Source of the DNA: Rebecca billardiae RCC1528
Taxonomy: Eukaryota > Protista > Haptophyta
Assembly: GCA_965240325.2 (NCBI GenBank)
Contig: OZ251254.1
Coordinates: forward strand, 62,001 to 126,000
Direction of reading: 5' to 3'
Length of the DNA: 64,000 nt
Every line of letters starts with the position of its first letter. Positions within the stretch are counted from its first letter, which is position 1. The position numbers and the translations under genes were made by a program. Positions 45,452-57,424 of this stretch are shown here, in pieces. Under the pieces are notes generated by a model, which was not told the origin of the DNA, did no database searches, and saw nothing but the letters and a program-made list of their open reading frames with translations.

Positions 45452-46539
45452 CACCGCCATCGCCGCCGCCGCCGCCGCCGCCGCCACCGCCACCGTCGCC
45501 GCCGCCGCCACCGCCGCCCGCTTCTGCATGTGGGCTCATGAGAAAAGTGCCCCGCAGCAGCTGCGCGAGCGACGCCGCGTCCGCCGCCAGCCCGCTCGAC
45601 AGCGAGCTCAGCAGCAGCCGCGTCATCTCGTGCAGCGGCGGCGGGCGCGGCGGCGGCCGCGGCGGCGGCCACGGCGCGACAGCTGTAGGCGCGGCGGCGG
45701 CGGCGGTCGCACCGGCCGCGGCGGCGGGCTCGGCGGCGGGCGGCGCCGCCAGCTCGACGGCGGCGCGCACGCACGCGAGCGCCGCGGCGCGCGCGGCCGG
45801 AGGCGCGAGCTGCGACGCCACTGGCGGCAGCGCCGCGCCCGCGCACGCGTGCGCGGCGCGCAGCTCGCGCAGCGCGAGCGCGCGCTCGGCCGCGGCCGCC
45901 GCGCCCGGGTCGCCTCGGAGGAGCAGCACGCACCGGCCGCGCGCGCACTGCCCCGTCCGGCCCGCGCGCCCCGCCATCTGAAGGAGGGAGGCCGTGCTCA
46001 GCGGCGGCGGCGCGCCGCCCGCGCCGCCGCGCCCGGCCGCGCCCGCCGCCGCCGCCGCCGCCCCCAGCCGCGGCCCCGCCCCCGCCCCCGCCGCCGCCGC
46101 CGCCGCCGCCACCGATCCAACTTGCATGTGCGCACCCGCCACCGATCCAAAGTGCATGTGCAGTAGGCAGACCGTCGCGGCGGGCAAGTTGACGCCGGCG
46201 GCGAGGGTGGAGGTGGCGGTGAGTGCGCTGAGCGAGCCCGCGCGGTACGCGGCCTCGACCAGCCTCAGCCCGTCGCGCGGCACGTCGGTCGAGTGCGCGC
46301 ACACGCCGCCGCGCACGCAGCGCGCGATCTCGGCCGGCACGCGCGCGCCGAGCAGTGCGCGCTCGAGCGCGGCGCGCTCGGTCACACGGCATGCCGGAGC
46401 GGGCGGCGGGTGCGCGGCCAGCCAGCGCGCCGCGCGCGCGCAGTCGGCGCGCGTGCGGCAGAACACCAGCAGCTGCGACCCTTGCGACACGTGCGAGCGT
46501 GGCGAGAGCTCCGCGCCGCCCGCGCCCGCGCCCGCGCCC

Positions 46540-46624
<85 letters not shown>

Positions 46625-46773
46625 ACGCCGCGCCCGACGGCTCGGCCGCTGTCTGCCAGTGCAGCGCGCGCAGCTGCGCCGCCACGCGCCCGCCCTCGGC
46701 GGCAGCGGCGCCGCCGCCGCCGCCAGGCGCGGGCGCGGGCGCGGGCGGCAGCGCGCACACGCCCTGTGGCCAT

Positions 46774-46814
<41 letters not shown>

Positions 46815-49028
46815 GGCGCCGCGGCCGGCCGCGCCCGCGCCCGCGCCCGCGGCGCGGCGCTCGAGGGCCGCGATCGTCGCCGCGGCGACGCTGCGCCCTG
46901 CCTCGCCCGGACCGCCCGGCCCGGACTCCCCCGGACCGAGCGGCACGAGCGCGCGCCCGAGCAGCGCCTCCAGCCGCAGCGGCGTCGGCCGCTCCGCCGT
47001 GGCGCACGCGTGCGCGCCAAGCCAGGCCGCGAGCGCCGGGCCGTTGGCGAGCGTGGCGGAGAGGCAGACGAGCTGCAGGTGGTGGTGCGCGTGCGGCGGC
47101 GGCGCGGCGGCGCCCTCGCACCCCGCGCTGCACCCCGCGCCACCCGCCGCCGCGCGCGCGCCCGCCATCCTCAGCTTCGTCAACACGGCCTCGAGCGCCG
47201 CGCCGCGCCCGCCGTCGCCGAGCGTGTGGGCTTCGTCCACGATCACCATCCCGAGCTCGGCGAGGCGGCCGGCGGGGAGCGCGCGGCCGAGCAGCGCGTC
47301 CGCCGCCTCCGCCGTCGCCACGAGCACGTGCGCGTCCAGCGGGTCCGCGTGCGCCGGGCGCGGCGGCGCGCCGCCATGCCGCTCAGCTACCACCACCTCC
47401 GCGCCGCCCGCGCCGGCGCGCGCGCCGCGCAGCAGAGCGCGCAGCCGCGCGGCGACCTCGGCGCAGAGGGCCTGGAAGGGCGTAATGTAGAGCGCGCGGC
47501 GGCCGCGGAGCAGCACGCAGCGCGCCACCGCCACCTCCGCCACCACCGACTTGCCCCCCGACGTGGGCGCCGTGCACACCAGCGAGCGCCGCCCCTGCAG
47601 CACCCCAGGCGCAGAGAGCGCGCGCGCTTGCCACGGGTAGAGCGCGCGCACACCGAGGGCGCCGAAGCGCGCGCACACCGGCGCGGGCAGCCCGTACGCG
47701 CGCAGCTCGAGCGGCGGCTGGTGCTGGTGCTGCGGGTGCGGGTGCGGGTGCGGCTGCGGGTGCGGGTGCGGCTGCGGCTGCGGCTGCGGCCCTAGCACGG
47801 GCACCGACTGCGGCCACGCCGAGCCGCGCGCAGGCGGCGCGGCATGCGTCACACTGTGCGACGTGGAGCGCGCGAGGGCGGCGGTGGCAGCCGAGGGCGG
47901 CGCGGCGCGGCGCGCGCACGCCTGCGCGCCGGCCGAGACCGGCCGTGCCAACGCCACCCCCGGCTGGGCCGCCGGCTGGGCCGCCGGCTGGGCCGCCGGC
48001 TGGGCCGCCCGCTGGGCCGCCGCGCCCCCGCGCACGCACGCCCCGCGCGCCGCGCCCGCGTCCGCCGCCCGCGCGCTCGCCTGCGGCGCCACGAGCGGCG
48101 CGCGCGCCGCTGGCGGCACGGCTGGCGTCGGCGCGGGGAGCGCGGCGCGCGCGGCAGGCGGCGCGTCCGCGCGCGTCACCGCGGCGGCACACGCCGCGTG
48201 TGCCGCCGCGCCGGCCACAGCCGGCCCCGGCGCGGGAGGCGAAGACGGTGCCAGCTGCCGCGGCTGCGGCGGCGCCCTCACCTGCGGAGCACCGGGCGAC
48301 GGCGCGGCGCTCGAGCCGGCGAGCTGGGCGGCGGCGCGCAGCGGCGTGGGCTGCGCGCGCGGCGGTGGCGCCGCAACACCCGGCCGCGCCTGCGCGCCGA
48401 GCGCCGCGGCCGCGCGCGGCGGCGCCGCCGGAGGCGCAGCGGCCGCGCGCTCGGCGGCGCCGGGGCAGCGGCCGGGGCCCACGCTGGGAGGCGCTTGGTG
48501 CGGGTGCGCTGGCGCGGCCGCCCGGCGCGCGGCAAGCTCGGGGCCGCGCGGCGGCGGCGCACCCGCGCTCGCGCCCGCGCCCGCCCAGCCCGGCGCGGCG
48601 GGGCTGCCCGCGCGAACCGGCGGGCTCGGCGCAGCCGGCCGCGCGGCCGGGGGGCCTGCCGGCGTGCGCGCGCCGGCTGAGGGGCCGAGCGCGTGAGCCG
48701 CCGGCGAGGCGGGCCCGCGCGGCTGCGGCGGCGCGGGCGTGCGCGGGGCGCATCCATCCGCCCCGCCGAGCCAGACCGCCTTGCTCCTGCCGTGCGCCGC
48801 GCCGCCGCCGCCCGGCGCGCCCGGCCACGCAAGCTCGTCCCAAAACGCAAACGCGGCGTCGCACTGGCCCTCGTAGCCGCCCGTGGCGCCGCAGCGGAGG
48901 AAGGTCCGGCCGGCGTTGAGCGGCTTCTTGTCCGACACGACGAACGCCTTGAGCGCGCAGCGGTGGCGCGGGCAGCCCCACAGCGGCGTCGTCTCGCCCT
49001 TCCGCGGAGGCGGCGGCGGGCGCCACAT
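42708..49028 (-). CDS. POLQ/HELQ-like Ski2-family helicase with N-terminal GRF zinc finger and no polymerase domain
   Basis: LYPWQ, APTSGGKS, IVDEAH...GRG..LE.VLTKL, LSATLAN, VFCRTR, TSTLAAGVNLPA and QMAGRAGR. The N-terminus reads CPRH...N.GR.F..C...C..F.W. Confidence 0.85.
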
Positions 49029-49186
49029 CCGTTGGCCCACTGGACTGGCACCTGGCGTCAAGCTCGAGTCGAGTCCGTGGTAAACTTTACTAAAGGGGGG
49101 CTGGCCAGGGTAGGGCTGGAGGCTTCGGCCGCCAGTCTGATCACCCGGAGCCCGTTATAAAGGGGAATTTAGTGCCGCCGCCCCAA

Positions 49187-52100
49187 TAACTGTCAGGTTT
49201 ACCCAGAGCGCGCGGAGTTGAAGATTCATATATGGCGGGCCGTAGGTCCGCCCCTTGTAGTGCCCGGGAAAAAGATAAGAAAAAGAAAAGGAAAAAAGAA
49301 AATCGCCTCGCAAAGAAAAGAAAATCGCCTCGCTCACTGCCGGGTCGCTTCGCTCACTACCGGGCGCCCTCGCAGCTCCCACTGGGGACGCTCGGCCGAA
49401 AACATGTCGGCCATGGCGCGGAGCGCGTGGGCGGCGCGCGCCAAATCCAACGCCGGAGCGGACATCGTGAGAAGACTCCCGAGGGGGGTTTTCGCCCGAT
49501 TCGCGATTGCTGCCCTCGTCGTCTCGCGTGCAGGTCGAACGGGGGCCAAAGTCGACGCGTTTGGAGGCACGCTCGGCGCGTCGACACGATCGTGCGACCT
49601 GGGGCGGTCCTCGCCCGACTTGCACGTTGAGCGCTCGCACGAGCCATAGATAGTATTAAGCGCTGCGCACGACAACCACCTCGCGCGATCCACCGTCGCG
49701 CGTCGGGCTCGGTGCGGAAAGGCCCTCATCACGAGGTGTCTCGCGGGCGGGAAGCGCCATCGCACGCGACGCAAGCTTTGGCGCGGCCTTCTGAACACCA
49801 TAACCGCCTAACCGGAATGCACACACCGGACTGTCGCGTGCCCCGGTTGGCAAGGTCGGGCGCATGCAAATCCGTTGCTACGGTCGGTGGCGTTCCAGAG
49901 CGAGCGATCATCTTTCGCGCTCGCGAGCTCGCGGCCAAAGATCGCTCGGCGCCTCCGGCCTGCATGGCGTCGACGGTGACCAATGCGACGGAGGCGCAGC
50001 GCGAAGCGGCGTACGAGGCGCACCGCACGCACCTGCCGGTTCTGCCGCCGTGGCCGGAATCGCGTCTTCGCGAGTCGGCGACTGAGGCGACAACGCGCTA
50101 TAAGCGATCCCAGGTGCGCATCCGCGACGAGATGAAACGTCGCGCGTGCAAGATCGCCGCGCCATCCTTGTCCATGGCACGAGCGCTGCGGGACGAGGCC
50201 GACGTCGTGAAGCCAGTGGCACATGCGCTGCGCTTCCTGTGCCTGCTCGAGCAGCGCGTGCCCACTGCCTCGATCGCGAGTGGCACACGCTCTCGCACTG
50301 CGCGCGCGCGCACCGCCGACAGCTCCTGATACCGCCGAACGTGCGGGTGCCGGACCTGTCGCGCGAAGCGGCGAGCGCCGACGAGCGCTTGGACCTGGAC
50401 GCGTTGTTGCACAGCGTGGCGGCCGTGACATTGAACCGTCACCGTCAGGCGTCACAAGCAAGCCGCCGTCGCACGCCAATCAGTTGGCAGTGCGTGCGCG
50501 CAGTCGACGGCTCGGCACGATGACGAGTAGCGCAGTGGGTGCACGAATACACGCGCAATCACACTGTCGGTGAGATCACCAGAGTCATCTGTCGCGTTAT
50601 TATTCGTCAGTGAGTCAGGTAGCTCACCATCATCTGTGTGTCGCATCATTGTTATTCGTCATCCTGCCCGTCAAACCGCTAAATAAAAGGCGCGAACCCG
50701 CTGGGATAACCGTAAAGAAGAAATGGTCCGCGGCCGTCCGGCCGTGCTGCGCAAACGATGTCCTCGCCAGCACTCAGCAGCGCTCCCTCTGTCCATCCAG
50801 CGCCGTGACCATCCCGCAAGGTTCCCTCACCTTCTAGACGACGATCTCTGGTTCCAGCATAGGAGACAGTCTAGGTCGGAGGTGTGGCCCGTGCGAGTGA
50901 CGGAGTGACCAGCCCGCAGCCGGCCAGTCCTCGTGAGTGCGGTGTGGCGCCACCTGTGCAGCACGACTTCGGGTTCCGGCATAGCTTCCCCCTGGCTGTG
51001 CTCGTGCTGGCTAACCTGACTGACGCGCATCAGTCGGCTGTGACGTCTGACACGATCCGCGGAAACTATACGAATCTTACGAACGCGCCCTGGTGCCGGC
51101 CAGGCGCCGCAGACGCACTGCGAGCGAGCCAACCGCGCCGTGCACTGGCCGGTTGACCCACAAGGGGCCATACGGCGAGACGTCACCAGGCACCTGTCGC
51201 ACGAGTCGCACGTTAATTCACGTGGTGCGCTCCCTCCGCCTCCCTGCCGATTCAGACTTGATGCCCGGCGCCACAGCTGACTGTCACCTGGCACACACCA
51301 GCTCACTACCCCAAGGCCCAGACGTGAGAGGTAAAATGGAGTCTGGGCTGCCGGCCGGAGCCCATCAAGCAGACACGCCTGCGGCTGCTGCAGCCGCAAC
51401 GTGCTGGCGATGAGACAGGGGACCAAGACCACCCGTCCGCACCAAGCCATCCGCGATTGTGGTCATCCAGCCGCCCGAGGAGCCAGCCTCGCGCAAGCAG
51501 GCGGACGCCCGACCACCTGAGCGCGGCACCTGGCCGCAGCACATGCCACACAACGGTGGCGCAGCTGCCAAGGGCAAGGCAACGCAGAAGGACGCAATCG
51601 TGCGGCCGGCGTCGTAGCGGGCATCCATCCAACCCACACGGGAGGCCCGCAGCCGCCTAGCAGCCCAGCCCAGCCCGTCACAGTCAGTCACAGCACTGGC
51701 TCTCGTGCAGCATCCGCACCCTGCGAGCACGGAGAGTTCAGGACGCAACACAGGGCGGCGCGCGCGCGGCAGACGAGCCAGGCCGTCACCGCCCGCCTCC
51801 ACAAGCCGCCCCCCCGCGCGCGGCGCGGCGCGCGCCGCGACCCTCGGGTCGCCGGGACGCACTGCTCACGCCGTGGCGCAGCGCGACGGGCGCGGCGCGG
51901 CGAGGTCGCATGTGCTTCCCCCGGGGGGCTGAGCGTACTGGCTGAGGCCCCCACGCGCGGCGGACTCCGTGCGCGCCCCGCCTGATGTGCGCGCGGCGCG
52001 CAGCCGCAGCGCGCGGCGGGCCGCCGGGCCGGTGCCGGTGCGTCTCGTCGGCACCGTGCTCGGTCTCGTCAAAGCGTTACCCGCATCGGCCCCCAGGCGG

Positions 52101-54932
52101 CCCCCTTTAGCGCGGTCCTCGACAGCGAGGCCAACCATCGACGCTTGGAAGCCTACGGCCGCGCCAAGCGACGGCGCCGAGCGGGCGCGCGCGCGCGGCA
52201 CGAGAGGTAGACTCCCGTAGCGTGCCTCCACACCCCGCCCGCGCCAGCGCACCCGCTCGCGGCTCTCTTTCCGCTCCGCGGCGGCGCGCGGCACCCGAGC
52301 CGCACTGAACGCGTGCACGGCGCACGCCGTGGCGCGGCGCGACGGGCGCGGCGCGGCGCGCTCGGAGTGAACTCGCCCGGGGCTCCGAGCGTACGGGCCG
52401 ACGCGCCCGCGCGCGGCGCGCTCCGCCCGCGCCCCGCCAAATGCGCGTGTTATCACGAGGCGCGGGTCGCCACCCTTACGCGCGGCGGCGCGGCCGTCGC
52501 GAGGGGTCCCCGCACTTGGCGGCGACGAGAAGCGTCCGGACTCTCCTTGATGTTGCACAAAGCCGCGGGGGCGGCACGGTTAAATCCGGGCGTGCCCCCC
52601 CCGCGGAAAAAAACAGCGGGGGCCTAGCGGCCTTTTCCCGGTGGGGCTGGTCGAACACAGCGCGTCTAGGACGCGACGGAGAAGCTTGCCAGGGCCGGCA
52701 GACCCGACGACGATGAGACGAGTTGGCCGTTCAGCGCTGACTAACGGTATCATCCAAGCTGCCGCGTCTTCGCGCGTCGCGTGTGCGATTTAGCCATTAG
52801 CCAGGTGCGGCAGCGTGGCTCTCCCAGTTCTGCAAGGCCCACCGAGGCGCCAGCGAGGCGCGCGTCGATGCAGTCGTCGCTGCGCACGGCCGCTCGGGCA
52901 CGGCGGCACGGCAACGGCACGCACCGATCACGCCGTGCGTGCGCGCGTCGGCCATCGACGCGTGGTAGTCGTGCAGCAACTGCAGCTCCGTGGGGTTTTC
53001 CGCACGTCGTGCGCGCTGCTGCTGCCGGACGCCCAGATGGCGCGCGACCGCGTCGGTCGCGGCGGCCTCGCGCGCCGCGCGCGGGGCGGCTCGACGCGCG
53101 GCGTGACCCTCGCGGCGCTCCGTGTTCCTCGTCCACGCCGTTCAGCGTGCTCGCCAGCCGCGCGCGCAGCTGCGCGAGGCACGCGTCGAGCGCTGCCGGC
53201 GTCTCGCAGTTTGGGTGCGAGGCCGCGGGCGCGCGCGCGCCGGGGCGCGTGGCCTCGTGCGGGTGCACGGCGAGGCGCGCCAGGTCCACAAACGGCTCGT
53301 CGCGCAGTTCCAGCGCGCGCAGCCCGGCGACGCGCGCGTCCCAGCGCGCGACGTGTTTGGACAGCGCGTTCGACATGCGCGCGCCGCCCGCGTCGCCCTC
53401 GCCGCGGTACCGGCGGATGAGAATGGCCAGGGCTGCACGCACGTTGGCGAATTGCGCGCACGCCGCCGCGCTCCGCCTCCGCACCTGCACGACACACGCC
53501 GCGTAGACCACGAACGAATCCAGCTCGTGCACGACATCGTCAGCCGACGTGGCGATGTCGGGCCGACGGCGGCCAAAGTCACGACTCACGATGTGCCCGT
53601 CCCGACCAGGGACCCGGCGTCGCGGCAGGCGCTTTCCGTACCGTTACCGTATTGTATAGGCGGTATGAACTGGGTAAGGGGGTACCGCTAAGATCGCCGC
53701 CAGATTTGTGGGAATCGCAACGACATCTCTATGCGGCGCGCGCAAAAATTAACCACATGCGCTTCGATTCCCGAGGCGGGCCCTAATTGGCGCAAAAATT
53801 AACCAAGTGCGTTCTCGATTCCCGAGGCGTGCCTAATCAAAAAACGTTTGAGGCCCCATTCTTCGTATTCCTACTCCGGTATTACTCTCCCCATCAGTAC
53901 GTCACACACAATTAAAGGGGGTCGGAGCTGGGTCTCCCAGGGCTTTCTCACGAATTAAAATTGTTTAAAGCTGTGTTCGACGTACTGATGGGGAGAGTAA
54001 TACCGGAGTAGGAATACGAACAATGGGGCCTCAAACGTTTTTTGATTAGGCACGCCTCGGGTAGGCGGTATGAACTGGGTAAGAAGGGGGTACCGCTAAG
54101 ATCGCCGCCAGATTTGTGGGAATCGCAACGACATCTCTATGCGGCGCGCGCAAAAATTAACCACATGCGCTTCGATTCCCGAGGCGTGCCCTAATTGGCG
54201 CAAAAATTAACCAAGTGCGTTCTCGATTCCCGAGGCGTGCCTAATCAAAAAACGTTTGAGGCCCCATTCTTCGTATTCCTACTCCGGTATTACTCTCCCC
54301 ATCAGTACGTCACACACAATTAAAGGGGGTCGGAGCTGGGTCTCCCAGGGCTTTCTCACGAATTAAAATTGTTTAAAGCTGTGTTCACCAGAATATTGCG
54401 ACAGCACTGGCACGGCCCGCCGACCCCCCCGCCCGCCAGGGCAGAGTTTCTTTTTTTAGTCAAAACTGGGCGCAAGTCAGGTCTTCCACTCTTCCTGCCG
54501 GCGGATCGCGTGATGGCAGAAGGAGCGCTGCAGCGGCGCCTTGTCCCCCGGGCGAGCCCGGCGCCAGCGGCGCGGCGCGCGCGCGGCTGCGACTCGGCGC
54601 TCGCGCTCGGCCTGTACTGCAGCCGCACTGGCCTCGCTGCGCCTCTTGGCTCGCTTGCCGCCACAGGGCGCCGCTGCTGGACCTATCATGCAAGTGCCGC
54701 TTCCAGTGCACGGGGCTCGAATCACAATCTGTTGTAGTAACATTCAACGCGGCGAGGTGGGCGCCATCGACGAGTAGAATGCGCTCAATACACCCGGAGG
54801 GCCCCCGTGGGTGTATTGAACGAGTCGGCGCGGCCGGGGACGGCGACCCAGTCGCGGGGAACGTCGCAAGGCGCTCGCGCACGTGGGCTGGCGTGGGCAC
54901 GTCTGGCACGATGGCGCTGCCTGACAGTTATA
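49187..54932 (-). mobile_element. Large (~5.7 kb) copy of the ATAACTGTCAGG TIR family with decayed/nested interior
   Basis: It begins ATAACTGTCAGGTTTACCCAGA and ends GGCGCTGCCTGACAGTTAT. The two ends correspond to the two ends of the 20155-20750 element in reverse orientation. Confidence 0.6.
53657..54387. repeat. ~325-bp direct repeat separated by an inverted copy of its own interior
   Basis: 53657-53978 matches 54062-54387. The spacer 53979-54061 is the reverse complement of ~53821-53902. Confidence 0.92.
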
Positions 54933-55044
54933 CTAGTAGGTAGTGGGTTCACCCTTTGGTGATGAATGTCAGCCGCGTCGTAAAGTTTACGACCGGCGCG
55001 GCGGCACGCCGGTACCAAAGGACGCCCCCATATATATATACAGT

Positions 55045-56247
55045 ATAAACTGCGGGGGCCTGGCGGCCTTGTCCCGGTCACGGTGGGGCTGGTCGAGTCA
55101 CACAGTGCGTCTCGGAGGCGACGCGGAGAAGCTTGCCAGGTGGCCGGCAGACCCGGCGACGATGGGACGAGTTGGCCGTTCAGCGCTGACTACCCGTACC
55201 GGTATCAACTATCATCCGGTGGCGCGCCGCACGGCGCGCGCGCGCGGCGCGGCAGCGCGGCACCGCACCGCGTCGCCGGCAAGGCCCATCGAGGCCGGCA
55301 CGGCGAGCGAGGCGCGCGTCGAATTGTGGCCAAGCAACATCAAGTATCAACCGATCTGCACACTAGCAGGCCCGGGCTACAAGGGCGGGCGCGGGCGCGG
55401 TCCTCCGAGCCGACGTTTGCCCGGTTTGTGCGTGTATCCAAGCGGGTCGGGGCGCACCGCGCGACGCGAGCCCGCCCCGGCCGGAGTAGCGACTGCCGGC
55501 CGGCCGCGGTCGGCGACAGGAGATCCAGCGGCACGTGGCGGCGATCAAGCAGCCGCAACCGCATCAGATGACGTGCACGAACGGCCTCATGGAGAAGCTC
55601 GTACCACAAGCCTACCAGAAGCCACCCGCTCGCCGACTTGCCCGACGCCCCGACTAATACTACTTGCGCTGGCTGTCAGTGTCACCCGCGCCGCGCGCGG
55701 CTCGCGGGGCCATCGCGGAGGTGCGTGCCCGCCGGCGCGAGCTGCACAACACAAGATGCACACCGACGCGAGCCGCTCGTACCACGTCGTGCCCGACGGG
55801 CCGTGCTCAGCGACGGCTGCAAGTCTACGCCATGCAGTCGGTTGTCACCCTGTGCAGCTCGCCACGTGACCTGCAGACCGGTGGACCATCCGCGGTGCGT
55901 GCCGTTATTGCCGCGCCGTCGTGCCCGAGCGGCCGTGCGCAGCGACGACTGCATCGACGCGCGCCTCGCCGTGCGCCTCGGTGGGCTGCGTGCAGAACCG
56001 CGGTGGCGGTGCCGGTGCCGCGCTACCGCGCCGCGCGCACACGCCTGCGGCGTCGCGCCACGCGCCCGCGGATCATGTCGATGATATGCTGTACCGTTAG
56101 TCAGCGCTGAACGCGGGCCGACGAATCGAAACTCGTCCCATCATCGTCGTCGGGTCTGCCGGCCCTAACCAGCTTCTCCGTCGCGTCCTAGACGCGCTGT
56201 GTTCGACCAGCCCCACCGGGACAAGGCCGCCAGGCCCCCGCAGTTTA
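55045..56247. mobile_element. ~1.2-kb element with ~150-170 bp terminal inverted repeats
   Basis: TAAACTGCGGGGGCCTGGCGGCCTTGTCCCGGT... at the left and ...ACCGGGACAAGGCCGCCAGGCCCCCGCAGTTTA at the right. A third terminus with adjoining internal sequence lies at ~52612-52925. No clear TSD. Confidence 0.75.
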
Positions 56248-56390
56248 ACTTTAAGTGGATCGACGACTGCTACTATCCTATTACCCAGCACACATGCATG
56301 TGCGTTGGATACCGATGTATCCGCGGCGGGGATATTGATGACGAATCGACATCAGCAACAAGATATTGAAGAGCGACGCGTTCAATTACA

Positions 56391-56655
56391 ATATCTGGTT
56401 GAGCTCTCGCGTCTTGCTTCGAAGGTTGGATGCTGAGAATCTTATTGCCGGCGAAGTCAAGTGTGATACCGGACTCAGCGAATGACGACTGCTCACCAAC
56501 CGACGCGTTCAGTCAGATTATCGTATGATGAGATATCTGGTTGAGCTCTCGCGTCTTGCGTCGAAGGTTGGATGCTGATGAGAATCTTGCCGGCGATCGA
56601 AGTTGACGAGATCGAAGTGTGGTAGTACCGGATTCAGCGAATGATGACTCATCAA
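56391..56655. repeat. ~140-bp tandem duplication
   Basis: ATATCTGGTTGAGCTCTCGCGTCTTGC.TCGAAGGTTGGATGCTGA occurs at 56391 and 56533. Confidence 0.85.
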
Positions 56656-57424
56656 CTACCGCGCAAAACATTCAGTACCGTAAGCTCACAGGGGAGAAGT
56701 GCACCTGCAGGACTCGCAATCGGCAGTAGTATCTATCCCCCATCATATTAGATAGGTACGAAGTTTCTCGAATCACCGCACCACCTGCGTGCGACAAAGA
56801 TTCGCTGCACCACGCCCCTGGTATTGAAAAATACCCGCAGCTATTCGTTCCCAGTCCATTTCATAGTCACTGAGCTCAAAACCTACCGTCCCGTCGGTAG
56901 GTTTTGAGCCCGCTGAGCCGAAGACGGGCTCAAGGGCTTTCTGGGCCGCGCGGGTGGAGGGTATCCGCCTCGCTTCCCAGATCTGCGCCTGCAGACCTGC
57001 CCCGCCCTTGCAAGGCCCTTCCTTGCCAGGGCAAAGATTCTCGCGAGCACCTGCGGTCGTCTCCGAACTCATCAAGCCAGGGACAGCGCGTGCTCGTCGT
57101 ATCCGCGACGGGCCCGAGGACGAGTTCTCACGGCGACGATCGAGGTGCGTGCGCATCCTCGTCACTGCGCGTCCACGCGGCGTGCCGACGATCATCAGCA
57201 GCAGTGCGAGCCGCGCACGCCTCGGCTCAGCGTGGGACGAGTTCACGCTGCCACGCCCGCATGCGCGTTCACTCACTCCGCCTCGCGCGCTGATGACTGA
57301 CATCACAACCGCGCGTGCGCGCCCTTCTTCGGGCCGTGCGCAGGGCACGGCGTGCGCCTTCGTACACCGCAAGGTCGACTCCGAGTCCCACGAGCCTCGC
57401 CGCGCACCAGACGCACGACTGCTG

